A DNA stretch of 51,203 nucleotides, the filler included, from Bipalium vagum (lineage: Eukaryota), in assembly GCA_037834085.1 (NCBI GenBank). It is 3 parts of 3 records of this genome, joined end to end, with 100 filler letters (N's around TTAATTAATTAA, not from the genome) between each part and the next. Parts side by side here need not be neighbours in the genome. Positions count along the whole stretch, not along the records: positions 1 to 16,765 come from JBBMKC010094900.1; 2 more parts are not named here. The stretch is one strand, 5' to 3'. Numbering within the stretch: position 1 is the first letter of the stretch; every line of letters begins with the position of its first letter. The position numbers and the translations under genes are program-made. The notes beneath the pieces were generated by a model that was not told the origin of the DNA, did not search any database, and was given only the letters and a program-made list of their open reading frames with translations. This document shows, piece by piece, positions 1 through 12,304 of the stretch.

Positions 1-51
<51 letters not shown>
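1..51. repeat. (TAA)n microsatellite
   Basis: Perfect TAA trinucleotide run at the start of the window. Confidence 0.95.
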
Positions 52-53
<2 letters not shown>

Positions 54-99
54 TGAAGATTATAAGAAAATAAAAATAAATAAATAAAAGATGTTTATG

Positions 100-350
100 T
101 TTAAATAATACAGGTAGCAATTTGTTTTTGAATAAACTTTGAAATGGTTACTAATTGTTATGATCAAGAGTGAAAATCGCAGTAGCTAACATGGTACCAC
201 ACCATGTTCGGATCTGTTATTAAACAAATTAATTCCGGAGACATTTAGAAGTAATGACAATCTGGAAGAATTCATTGCAGATGTGTGAGATTTTTAGACA
301 CATCAATCAGAGAGGACACATCAGCAGGGTATTCCTAGTGTAGAAAACAA
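100..350 (+). mobile_element. LTR retrotransposon 5' remnant: LTR end, putative PBS and degenerate gag start
   Basis: AATAAA at ~131, then ...TAACA (ends 191) directly followed by TGGTACCA (PBS-like TGG). Downstream reads LIPETFRSNDNLEEFIADV*, resembling a Gypsy gag N-terminus. Confidence 0.4.
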
Positions 351-399
351 AAAGGTGTAACACCCACGGTGGGAAAGTGCACATTAGAAGATTCTTTAC

Positions 400-1547
400 G
401 GAAATATAACTGTTCATTCCAAAGTTAGTCTCCACCAGTATTTATAACAGCTTACCATCTTCTAAGAAGCTCACGGATTCCCTTGTCAAGGAACTCAGAC
501 TTCTTTATTGCAGAATAGTCGAAAATTCATTTTTCTACCTCAACTTGATTTTAAAAATTTTTCTCCAAAACAAGTTGCTTCATCAAACGAAATAAATAAT
601 AATCGGATGGGGCCAGGTCAGGGCTGCAAGGTGGCGGATGAGGACGTAGTTCCCACCACAAACCTTCCATATTTTTATGGACGATTTTCGCGACATGAGA
701 TCTCACATTATTATGAAGAAATCGTATTGTTTTGTATAACTCGGTTAACTCAATTCAATTGTTCACAATATACATTGGCATTCACTCTTTACCTTGTTTC
801 AGCACTTCAATTGGATCAATCCTCGAAATATCAACCACAAACAGAGCATCACCTTTTTCCGTGCATTGGAATCTTTAAGACTCCTGCAGCAGACAGATTT
901 ACTGCCAACAATTGTCTTTTGGCATGAGGATTATGACAGAGATCCGTGTCTCATGTGACGTCAAAATTGATTCCCAGAAACCCAAAATTTTGTGCAGAAT
1001 TGAGTTCATAACTACCACAACAGTTTATTAACAGACGTCAAAGTGTGTAGGATCCATCTACCAAAACGATTACTTTTTCCAAGAAGCAAATGTTTAGCAA
1101 TTGTGACATGATCATGTTTGAATATTTCTGTCAATTTTCATCCCGTAAATGTTAGATCTTCTTCGATTAATTACAAACGATCCTCATCATTCAATTCCTG
1201 TGGACATCCTTCACGATTTTCGTCATTCAAATCTTCATTCTCTTCTTTAAGCCTTTGGAACCACTTAGTGCATTGGGAATAGCTATTGACATCATCACCA
1301 TAAGCTTTGCAAACATCTTCTCGGGAAATTTTTGCTATTTTATCAAGCTTAAAATCATATAAAAGAGAAGCACGAATTTTGAATTTTCGGTCTATCATAT
1401 CTAAAATCAATTTTATATAAAGATTAAGATATTATGTGTATATTAATTATCAATATAAAATTAAGATCAATAAAGACTAGTATTACATAAGTTTATCAAA
1501 AAATACTGCTGATCATATTACTTGCATTACTTTTCACCAACCTAATA
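400..1547 (-). mobile_element. Degenerate mariner (D,D34D) transposon
   Basis: Minus strand reads HTH region (LLYDFKL...AYGDD...CTKWFQRLKE.NEDLND.NREGCP), HNNVRSH (HDNARPH-like), PHPPPCSPDLAPSDYYLF and RW*AVINTGGD. 5' TIR TA|TTAGGTTGGTGAAAAGTAAT resembles the Hsmar1/cecropia type. Many stops and frameshifts. Confidence 0.9.
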
Positions 1548-1860
1548 TTTAATTCACACATTTCAATCCAAAAATGATTTTCTAAGATGAGTTTCTAATT
1601 TTCTATTGATTCAAAAAGACATTAAATCATAATTTTGCAAAATAAGTATTACTTTAGAATTAATTTTTAACATACAAAAAAGGCATATAACTATTTAACT
1701 CAGGTCTTACAATTTACATAAGTAAATGTCAGATAAAAAGCTGGATATCGGAAAGAGTCACTTGTAAATTTACTTTAAGTTACTGTTTAAATTTACTGAT
1801 GGTCTGTGGCTTATATAACGAATCTGTGGAACTGGCCAAAGTTCGGAATGATTGGAAAAC

Positions 1861-3366
1861 ATGTCAAACGGTTTGGCAAATTTGTCAAATAAACGACCAG
1901 AGAAAGTGCAAACTTTGTAAGACTTAATTATTTCATCATTTTGTAAATTCAGATCCTTTGTCGAGTTGCACAGAAATCCTGAAATATCTTGCCATTCAGA
2001 AGTTTTAGAAAACAAGATCAAAGAAGCAGTAGAAAACTTGATCATTAATCCAAGTTATTTGCTACTTTCCGCTGCCATCCCTATTCATAAGTTTATTTAT
2101 TTAGATGACCAGTCTTCCATCAACGTACTCGTGGAAATCATAGAAATCCGAAATTTATTGTTTGAGGATATTTTGTTTAAGATACTTGCAATAATACTTT
2201 ACGATTTTATGGTCCCTATTGTCAGACGAATGTCTCTTTTCGTTGATGACGACATTTACTTACCTTGTCCTCCTGTATATAGCACTCCTAATTTGAATGC
2301 AAATTTATCTTCAGATTTGAACTCTAAGGAATTCAGGAAAGAACTAAAGAATCGCCGAAAGTTGTTTAATTTGATATCGGTCTTTATGAGAGTAATGGAA
2401 ATGATTGATAGATTGCCCGTGGTTTTAGATGAGTTTATCAGATCATTTTCCAATTTGCACCAACTTAAAAATTCAGTAATTCGTTCCTTGGAACAGTATT
2501 TAATTGAGGAACAAGATGAAATTACCGATAGTGATTTGACAGCAGTGCTGAGGGATTTTCTTTTCGCTCAATTTTATCTCCAATTGCGTGACAATGCGAC
2601 ATTGGCGTTACGAAAAAGAAAAAAAACATTGAATGGAGACTATCAATTGTGGTTGGAAAGTTCCAAGGAATTATTTTTGTCCCTCGAAAAGCTGTTATAT
2701 TTCGAACGATTTCGAGAGAATGAAAAATTCCTGCGATCCAATATTTTGATTGTGCTGAAAGAGTTTGAACCGGAATTATCAATTATAGAATTTCTCGTCA
2801 AATGGGATTTTAACGAGAAATACTTTCAGAAGAATTCGGATTTTTATTCAGACATGCTGCTGAAAAGTCTGATCAATAAATTCCGATTTTACGAATCGCA
2901 GCAAAGTGATCGATGGTTTCTGAAGGAGAACAGTAACTTTCTTGGATTCAACAAAAAATCATCACGTAACAAGAATTTTTCTGTGATCTATTACGAAATG
3001 TTATTCAGAAACAATGAAAAATGTTCAGAGAAAGGAAAGTTTGATTTTTTCGAAAAAAACAAAGGAAAAGAAAGAATCAATATAATGGAACAATTTCTTT
3101 TGGATATTTCTAACATGGGCGAATTTATCAGCTATTTGGATTTGTTTTTCTCAATAAAATTTTACGATCAGATCAAAGGAAAGACGGATCTAGGGAATGT
3201 AGCCGTTTTGAAAAGCAGAGATTTGAAAGAATCTGTCAGTGCTACAAATGAGTTCGACACAGAAAATGCGAAATGTAGAATCAAGAACCTTGTTAATTGG
3301 TCCAATCAAAATGAAAACAGGGTTTTTTTAAATAGCGATATTATTCTTTCGAGTCTATTTGAATAG
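1861..3366 (+). CDS. Hypothetical protein of ~489 aa (exons 1861-1916, 1953-3366), predicted helical, no recognisable domain
   Basis: 1.4-kb uninterrupted ORF in AT-rich DNA. A 36-bp GTAAG...TTCAG intron (1917-1952) joins ATG at 1861 in frame (MSNGLANLSNKRPEKVQTL|SFVELHRNP...). Confidence 0.7.
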
Positions 3367-4109
3367 TGATATCTTGATTCGATTTTATTTATTTATTTTT
3401 CCTATTAATATTTTTATCAATTTTGCACAATTTTTGTATTTATCACTATGCATGACTGATTTGCCTTTGAAATTCTTATTTCGATGTTCATATTTAGATT
3501 TCCAAAACTATGTATCTATTTTATAAACTCAGGCAAATGAATGTAAAATCAATGTTGTTACCTTACTTCTTTAATTAACATAAAGCCCTAAAAATAAAAA
3601 ATTTACTTCTACTTATTAAAAGTGTTGTGAACAATTTCAGTTCTGGCAGGTGTTCATATCTGAATAAAAAATATTTAAATAAAAAAATCAAATGTAAGCT
3701 TAATTTTAAAGGTGTTATGTATGCCTCCAGATCTTTATGATAGATATGACATTATATTATTATTATTTATTTAATAATGGTAATACTAATTTTGAAAATA
3801 TTCTTTATTAAGCGTTAATACTAGTCAGAGAATATCGGGAACATCTGTATAAGATTTTTTCATGTCAAATATCAAACGTAAAGACACAAAAGTAAAACTT
3901 CACTATGAACAAACACATATTCAATGACACAGTCACCAATTATTTGCTGCCGACTAAGTAAATGTGCCTTTTAGAAAATTCTTTATTTTAATTAGCTAGA
4001 AAGTACTGAAAGACTAAAATATCAGATTCCCGGTTGTTATAATGCTGATTTCGGGTAAAGTTTGTGAGCTGAAAATCAAAGATACTTTGCTTTCGTCACA
4101 GTATAATAA

Positions 4110-4312
4110 ATCACAGTTTTTCATATGGAATTGGCGTCAATTATTATTCAAATGCCTACAAAATTATAGATAGTAATTATTTATTAAATTTTTTTGTTGA
4201 AATACGTTTTTTAAAATTTACGCTTTAATATGAAAACAAATTTTCCTTTATTAATTCATACTGCAAAAAATTAAGTTTCATAAACCGCCATTAATTTCTT
4301 TACAACCTAATA
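4110..4312 (+). mobile_element. mariner 3' end fragment with TIR
   Basis: AAACCGCCATTAATTTCTTTACAACCTAA-TA resembles the Hsmar1-type right TIR, preceded by decayed transposase C-terminal sequence. Confidence 0.55.
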
Positions 4313-4649
4313 GTACGTTACTAACTTACTAAAAATAAAAATGAAAATTCGTAAGAAATGAAGTGCTACTATATATTTAGTAAGTTTCATCTAAATATAA
4401 AAATATTCAGTTATTAATAGTAAGAAACTATTTAAACCAGTAGTCTTTCAGCCCTTAAAATCATAAAGAGTACGCTTTTGCTATTCAATCAAAAGGATTA
4501 ATAAGAGAGCCGATAAAAGTAAAGAGATAGGAATCGTATTATTCCAGTATTAAAAGAAAACTGATTTCATTTTAATCAATGATAATTAATAAAAATAATT
4601 AATCTTAGTAATAGAAGTAAATCCTTCTCATTACTAATTTTTATAATAT

Positions 4650-5090
4650 TGTTATTATTATACCTAAACAAAGTAACTCTCGCTCGTAAATCAATAACTC
4701 CTCACCACACAATGTTGTGTTCGTTTTACTGTTGTAGCTGCACAAATTAAAACTCAATTTGAATCAAAACCAATCACAATAAAAATTTATTAAATCACAA
4801 AAGAAAATCATACTTGAATTCAAATCTGTCAAATAATCCGTCTAAAAACCACGAACCCATTAAGCAATGTCAAAAATATAATAAAAAGTCAATTCCCATG
4901 CTGTCAAACGAATAAATGTAATATAGAAATAAGTTATGAGAAAAAATAATTAATTAATTAAAATGATTTATGAGATATAATCAAAATCACAAACAGAAAA
5001 AGAAAAATAAACAAAAATCGATTTAATCTAACCAGGATATAACCTTTAATTTAAAATTAAATTTCCCTAATATATAAAAATCTCGACAAC
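4650..5090 (-). repeat. LTR-like copy of dispersed repeat family 1, lacking the hairpin block
   Basis: Shares TAACTCCTCAC...CAATGTTGTGTTCGTT...TGAATCAAAAC...CAATAAAA.TTTATT with 12305-12520 and with 44100-44290 (reverse complement). Begins TGTTA and lies directly downstream (minus strand) of a PPT. Confidence 0.6.
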
Positions 5091-5095
5091 CAGAT

Positions 5096-5500
5096 TTTTT
5101 CCTCTTTTCTTTAAGATTAGTGACCTACCTGTACTCACGAATTCAATGGTTTGCCCTCAACGACTGAGGTTACCTAAATCGACGGCTAAAACATTCCTTC
5201 CTATACAAATCATTTGTCCGTCATCTATCTTCCTTCCCTTTAACTTATTGGGAATTGTTGAAATTTTGGTAAACCATTTCATGATTCAGGTGTGTTGTTT
5301 GAAGAACGCTTTCATAAGCTCTATGTCTCTCATTCGTGTTAGGGCAGTTTTCTACTTGAAAGTAAATGATTTACTCCTATCTGTTTGGTCCAATATCATA
5401 TTAAATTTTGTTTCTTTTTGGGAAATAAAGGAGGGCTACGGAACTGTAACGGGCCTTTTCCATCTTTGAATTGATGTAGTCAATAGTCTGAAAATTAATG
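5096..5500 (-). mobile_element. Ty3/Gypsy integrase C-terminal relic plus polypurine tract
   Basis: Minus strand reads QRWKRPVTV (degenerate GPY/F motif) and ends in the purine run AAAGAAAAGAGGAAAAAA (~5096-5113). Confidence 0.5.
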
Positions 5501-5514
5501 GTTAACTCTGGTTT

Positions 5515-5732
5515 TGTTAAATGTAAGACAAAATAAAGACTTCCGCAACAAGATTTTTCGCTCTCTCATTGGGGATATACGTCACACTCACAAAAAACAA
5601 AACAAAACAAAAGAGTAAATAAGAAAAAGTAAAAAAATAATTATTTAATCATACAGTTGAATATATTATGACAAACATCACACATAAATCATTACATATT
5701 CAATCATACATGATACATTATTATACTTAACA
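5515..5732 (-). mobile_element. 3' LTR (218 bp) of the env-like Gypsy element
   Basis: Bounded by a perfect inverted TGTTAA...TTAACA. Immediately preceded on the minus strand by PPT AGAAGAGTGGAAGAG (5733-5747). Confidence 0.8.
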
Positions 5733-5759
5733 CTCTTCCACTCTTCTGAAGCTTGAAAT

Positions 5760-7140
5760 CAGGTTGACAATTTCCATCTTTGAACATGGCTAAAAATCCA
5801 TCCCTCTTCATTGTTTGTTAAGAGTTGTATCTCTATTGGCAGCTCCAAACTCGATAGCTTCCTCAGTTTTCTTCTTGTAACGGCTTTTTGCTCTCTCCTC
5901 CAACACTTCTTAATGTGGCAACATGACGCTCATGTTGCCAAGATGATCAATGCTCCTTCACAGACCCCTGTGGCCATAACCCAATTGGTCATTCTCTCAA
6001 TTGCTTCTTTTTCTAACTTTCGTTTTCTCAAACCTGATTCTCCCTTCTTGCTCCTCTTTGTGGAGATTATTGGTACTTGTCCCATCACTTCCCAATCAGT
6101 TCCCTCTTTTATTGGACTTATTTTAATAAAACTTCTAGTGCTTTATCCCGTTGCTGATACCACTGTCTTGGTTTGCAATTTTCTTGTACTGGTTTTCTCA
6201 ATTCATCCAGTCAATTTCAATTTGTCACCTGTACTAATAATCTGTAACGTTGTGATTTCTACTCTCTGTTTCCATTTGGTTTCTCCACTCGTACTCGTCG
6301 TCATTAACGTTTTACTTTTGTTTCCTTGTATTCTCTGTCCGTTTCCTTTACTCAATCCTTGATTTTTTCTAATCAGTGTTTGATTTGGCCTCGAAAAATT
6401 CGTTCCTATTGATTCTTATTCCTCTTGTATGGACATTCAAATTGTTTTCAAATTTTATCGACAATCTTTAAATGTTGCCAACAAAACGGTACTAAAATTC
6501 TTATGGGCTGTCAGCTCTTTCCATTTATAATTTTGAATAATTTTTGGCTTCCCTTCATCTATAGGTACGATTCCCAGAATATAAGTAGAATTAACCCACA
6601 TTAATAATAATTTCAATATTCTATATCCCTGCCAATTTCTGATTTTTGGGGCCAAACAAGATAGCTTTGAACTGTGCGATATCAGTCTCGTTTTCAGGCT
6701 CTTTTACTCGGATATAAGTATTCTCCATGACACTGGACGGTATTCAGCACTTGTTATGTTCTCTTTGCGCTTATTCCGATTTACCAATACACTGAACCAC
6801 TAGTCGCATTGGTTTTCCTGCTACCCCACATAGCATCATTACCAATGGTAGCCAAAACCATCTTGGTGATTTAACATTTGCTACCAGGTTCCTTTTCTCT
6901 CTGGATCCCAATGGGTAATGTTCTTTGACCTTTTCTACACATATCTTACAACGATTTGCATGTAAAATATACTACGATTCTGATTTCCGTGTGCTTCTTA
7001 ATGCCAAATTTATTGGTGTCATCTTCTCTACTGTATATGGACCTTTAAACGTTTTTTGAAACTTTGGCGTTTTTCCCCTAATCGGCCCTGATGTTGCGAC
7101 CATCACTTTATCATCAACTTTGAAATTTTGTTCTTTTGAC
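5760..7140 (-). mobile_element. Gypsy integrase GPY/F domain followed by a degenerate env-like membrane protein ORF
   Basis: FKVDDKVMV...PKFQKTFKGPYTVEK...ILHANRCK...HYPLGSR continues in frame into the hydrophobic WFWLPLVMMLCGVAG. Later come a Thr/Ser-rich stretch and a TM-like WVMATGVCEGALIILAT*ASCCHIKKCWRR. Several stops and one frameshift. Confidence 0.7.
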
Positions 7141-7699
7141 GATTTTTCATAGTTAGTTCATTCTTCATAAGATATGGAGTACAAAACGTGAAGGTCAAAA
7201 AGTATTTATTCAAACAAATCAATAGTAAATAACATAACTCCCCCGTTGGACAAGATTATTGGAATATTTTTAACCACTTGATTATCCTTAATTTTGTTCC
7301 ACCTGTACTACAAAGTTTGATCTGGTGTGGCGATATAAATTGTACTGGAATTGCCTTTGTACTGGAATTCATTTTTCTTTCTTAGTAATTTCTTTCTGTG
7401 GTTCAGCTGTGATTTCTGTTTCTAGAACGACAATCCAATTCCTTCCGGAGTGTAGGTTAATATATCCAAATACAATTTCAAAAGGTAAGAATTTCGTAGT
7501 GCTCCGCTGAATTGTGTTGATACTGAATTCTATCCTTGGAAGAAGTTCACACCAATTTCTTTCGAAACAAGCTCCCTTTCAGAGATATAGTCAGCATATC
7601 GCGGACATTTCTAATTATTCTTTCGACTAACCTTTTGGATTGGAGTTGATACGAAGATCTGAATTCGTGGTTGATTTCGAGATCTTTCAATTTTTGTTG

Positions 7700-9190
7700 T
7701 AACCAAGCACCCTCAAAATTCTTTCCTCGTCAGGATACCCTTGAGTTTGCCGAACTTGTAGATCCGACTGTTCATGATGACCTTAAATATTAATTGATCA
7801 TCAATCAGGCTCACCAACTTGCTGAAACGATCAATAATTACGATAACGTACTTTACGATAAGTACGCATATGATCTATCTTCTTAGCACAAACCATACAG
7901 GACTTCAGACAGGCCTTGATGAGGTGTCTCATTTAAGGCCAATCATAATGTTCCTTTAGATAATGAAAAATATTCTTGCTTCCGAAATGGCACAGATCTG
8001 CTTGAATCTCTTTGATAAAATCATTTGTGAATCTGTTTAGTATATTTATTAGATCCTGTCCATCCTTTTTAAGACCAGCATGTCATTTGCAATATGCAGA
8101 CTGTTTCTCCACTGGTACAGAAAACTGTTTCTGGTATCTACTGGAAACTCTCTCCCTCTCCATCAAATATCGTACAAAGCCAACAAACAAAAGATCGGAC
8201 TGCTGCAGTTTCCTGATCCTGTCCAGCCGTCCATCCGTGCAACTCATCTGGATAATATATATGGACTTGGCTTTTCAATTTTTGCCTGTTCATGTTTTGT
8301 CTGACACTGGGCACATACGATATAGGTGATTCTGGACAATCCATTGGCATTGATGTGCACATCGCCTTTTCGGTATCTCAAATAAAAAATGAATTCGGAC
8401 AGATTTACCAGCCAGGTTTGAAACTGTGAACTGATTGGATTTTTTGTAGTGTTCAGGAACACTAAGGCTTTGTGATCAACTTTTGCGATGAACCGTTTTC
8501 TACATAAGTATTGCTTGAAATGCAAAAAGAATTCTTACAGATCTAATAACTCCTTTCTTGTGACGCAATAGCCAAATTCGTGAGTCGACAAATGACTGGA
8601 ACCGGAAACAATTATGGTCTCCGATTCATCTTCCTTGATCTGGCTTAACACTGCACCGATAGCCCCAAAACTAGCGTCAGTATCCAACATGAAAGTACGG
8701 CCCTTCCACTGGAAATCCAAAATGAGGGCTTTTCATAGTTTTTCCATGAAATTTTGGAAACTTTCTTGACATTTGTCCGTCCGCTGCAGATCTTTTTCTC
8801 CTCCGGATATAGCCGCATATCAGGGAGCTACGACTTCGGCATATTTATCGAAGAAACGACGATAATAGTTTGTCAATCCTAAGAAAGACCGCAATTGCGA
8901 CACACAACCAGGTGGTTTGGCCCTCAATATTTCTTTTATCTTCTTTTGGTTGGTGCGAATGCCGTCCGAAAACACTGTCTGACCAAGACAAACAAGCTCT
9001 TTCTGGAGAAACTTGCACTTGTTGGGGTTCAATTTTAAGCCCGTCTTTGAGATACGCCTTAACACTTCCTCTAATACATCGTCATGCTTTTACTCCGAGT
9101 CACTGTAAACGAGTATATCATCAAAATATACCATAACACCATTGAAAATTAGACCATTCAACAGTTCGTGCACCAGCTTTTGAACCGTTT
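7700..9190 (-). mobile_element. Ty3/Gypsy pol fragment (RT - RNase H - integrase), degenerate
   Basis: VMVYFDDILVYS; GLKLNPNKCKFLQ; LRSFLGLTNYYRRF; LDTDASFGAIGAVLSQ; Y..TRKELL; DHKALVFL; YRKGDVHINANGLSR; integrase-like YVIVIIDRFSK at ~7850. Confidence 0.92.
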
Positions 9191-9620
9191 GACTCATTCT
9201 TGATAAGTTGTCTGCGTTGGCATTGGATCTTCCCTCCCCATACCGATTCTCGATATCATTCCATTGTAATATTATTGCCCATCTAATCAATGTACTAGCT
9301 GTATCTCTATTCTTAAATAACTGCTGTAACGGACTGTGATCGGTGAATAGAATCGTTTTATAAGTAGTGTCTGAACTTCTTCACCGCAAACAAACCAATG
9401 CTTCCTTCTCGATTTTCGCACTACTTATTTCATGCTTTTCAGTCCTCTATTAGTGTACGCTATTACGTAGTCTTTTTTGTCTTCTGTCTGTTGTGCTGTC
9501 ACTGGTCCAACTGCATATCCACTAGCGCCCGTCATTGGTAAATATGGTTTCGTCATATCTGGGTATCTCAATACTGGCTCTCGAATTAACTTTTCATTTA
9601 ATTCTTCAAAAGAGAAAATG
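9191..9620 (-). mobile_element. Second Ty3/Gypsy RNase H fragment
   Basis: EPVLRYPDMTKPY..MTGASGYAVG; FAVKKFRHYL; LFTDHSPLQQLF; RWAIILQ; NANADNLSR. Confidence 0.85.
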
Positions 9621-10442
9621 TTTCATCGTCTTACAAATATCTATTTAAAATAACTAAAAAATTTTACTTTCAAAATTTTTTTGTGGAAACATGTGCTTTT
9701 CTTTTATATATTTAAATAGACTACATTAAAGTACTTATAATTATATATTACCATCATTTTATGTAAAGTACAAGGGTGGCTCCAAACATATTGACGGCAT
9801 TATGTTGAAAAAATAATCAATTACTTTAGATAAAAACGAGCTGAACTAAAATGAAGCATCAATAGATAAGTCAAATATAAAAAGGAATTTTTAATTTTTT
9901 AAGATGTTAAATAAAGAACTGGAAACATTATTAATGATAAATACATTCTTCACAATTGATAAAAGTTGTAAATGATAAACCTAAATTTAAGTATTTAACA
10001 ATAATCAGTAAAACGCAATTTTAATAATTTTTAAAACCAATCTTGTGATCCTTTTACAAAAAAAATAAAATAATAAATTGTTCAATGCACCTCCAGTAAA
10101 TAAATTAAATTCGGATCAACTATAGTTTGCTTATGTAAAAATGAAAAATGCCTTTCATCTTCAACCGAAATCACTTGAGTTCTCAGAATCCTAATCAGGT
10201 AATGAAATACCAAAAATCGATAAAAATACATTATATATCAAAAAAACGTGCTTATTAAAAACAACCGTATAAAATTTGAAATTATAATTCAAAAGTAAAT
10301 TCTTGCGTCTCCAGAATATATACTGATAACAGAAACCATTTTCATTTATCCCATTATCTCAAAATTCAAACCGACATAAATATCTGAAAATACATATTTC
10401 GGAAGAAAATAATTTTACAAAAACAAAGGACGATTAAAAAAG

Positions 10443-11427
10443 CTATTCCTTATTTAAACGTTTCTCATGACTTTCGTAAATACTCTTCAAGTATCCCAAG
10501 TCCACCCGTGACACGTGGCTAAGAAATGTCAATTCAATTGGATGGCATCTCCCAACAATGACCATAGAATGCAACGGACCGCCCAGCTTTTCATCAGACA
10601 TATCTTTCATTTCTTCCAAAGATCCGGCAAATATTGATTGTGATTTTCCACCAACTCGTGCTAACCCTACGCACATCGTCTGGTTAGTGATAAATTTGCT
10701 TGGAGTTTCATCAATGATTGACAGTATTTGGGAAGCAGCATTGGAACAGCTCATGAAACGGGGTGGCTCATAAATTAAATTTCCTTTCAGTAAGTTTTCA
10801 ACAGACTGTTCTTTCACCTATTAGGACAGGATTACAATAAAAATAATAAACAAGTTTTACTTTGATATCCAGTAAGCATAAAGTATTTAATCCGAATGAC
10901 AAGTTATTGTGGATTTTATCTAAAAAGCTTGTAGGTTTGAAATACTGATCCCAAAATGGAATTGAGACCGTCTCACCAAAATTGTACAATTGCAAACCAC
11001 AGCTACTCACTGCAGTCATTATCGATGTATTGTGGACAACCTCATATTGAATTTCTTCTTCAATTGCTCTTAAAATCAAGTCTAACTCAAGTTTAATATA
11101 TACTTAGGTTATATTCAAGTTACCTGTGTGAGTAGTGGCAGATAATGGATCACCTACAACTAAGAAAGCTGTTCGACAACCATTTTTTGCACTTGTAATT
11201 ATGTCCGATTTTGACTCAACAATTTCCCGATCAGCATAAATATAATCTGCATTTGTCTTGATAATATTTTTTAAATCAGACACTATATCTGTCATAGCTC
11301 CTTCTCTATTAAGAACCACTGATGTGTAGCTCTCAACAAAAATTTTATCACATGTTTGAAGAATTTCTTTTCCACGTAATGTTAAGTCTTGTACTCCACA
11401 TAAGCCCAAACCGATTAGAAATAGCAT
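10443..11427 (-). CDS. DPH5: Diphthine methyl ester synthase, 299 aa (exons 11427-11124, 11081-10861, 10817-10443)
   Basis: MLFLIGLGL, ADREIVES, AFLVVGDPLSATTHTDLILRA, SIMTAVSSCGLQLYNFGETVSIPFW, TLCLLDIKVKEQS, YEPPRFM, GLARVG, LGGPLHSMVIVG. Two GT-AG introns (42 and 43 bp) keep the frame. Confidence 0.97.
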
Positions 11428-12304
11428 ATTTAATTATATAATTAACCATTATTTAAACAAAAAAATATATTTACCATTTTACACGTAACTTTCAAAAATA
11501 TTTAGATTAATTATAAAATTTAAATAAAATGAAAAAAAATTGCTACAGAAAATTTATAAATAAAAAAACTAATTTTTAAGACACTAATAACAGGTCATAG
11601 AATAATACAAGTATTTATTTAATAGAAGTACTTGTATTCATAGAGATTATAAATTAATGATTATAATAATAAAAATTAATCATTATTATTATTATTATTA
11701 TTATCGTATTAATTGTATACAGGGTCGGAAATAAGTTATTAACACATTAAAAAGTTACTAGAATCGATATTTTAAAGATTTATTAGCCTTAGTAGTGTCA
11801 GATAATTGTGTGTTTGTATAATACTGAATACATCTTTCATTTAAAGATCAAAATATTTATAAAAATATATGCTGACATGGCAATCAATATAACATGAGTA
11901 ATATACCAAATATGTCAGAAATTTAACATTGATGACACTTCAAAATTTGGCCAGAATGTTATGGTTTAATTAATCATATTCCAAGGTAAATGATTATATT
12001 TCATGAAATACTTCATAAATAACATTTAGTATTTACAAAGATGTCATTTAGATATCACAACTGTTTTTTATTAATAATATCAAATTTCATAAAGTAATTA
12101 AAAATAATATATATTAAGTGGTATAAATCTATAAAGGTTTCTATTCTCTAACTCATCCTAAAATAATATTAATAAATTAATCATAGATTACGGTTCATAT
12201 CTAGAAATAGATCAAGAATAATATTTTTAAAAATGATTATAGATTAAATGTTCTGTTTTATAAACCGCTTTGTGGTAAATATTTTAAAGACGTGAATTAA
12301 ACTT

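Noticed and set aside
508-927. 139-aa plus-strand ORF
   Set aside because: Antisense to the mariner transposase relic.
5811-6362. 183-aa hydrophobic plus-strand ORF
   Set aside because: Antisense shadow of the purine-rich env-like frame on the minus strand.
10443-11427. Alternative genetic code or stop readthrough suggested by split ORFs
   Set aside because: All host genes splice into stop-free frames with the standard code.
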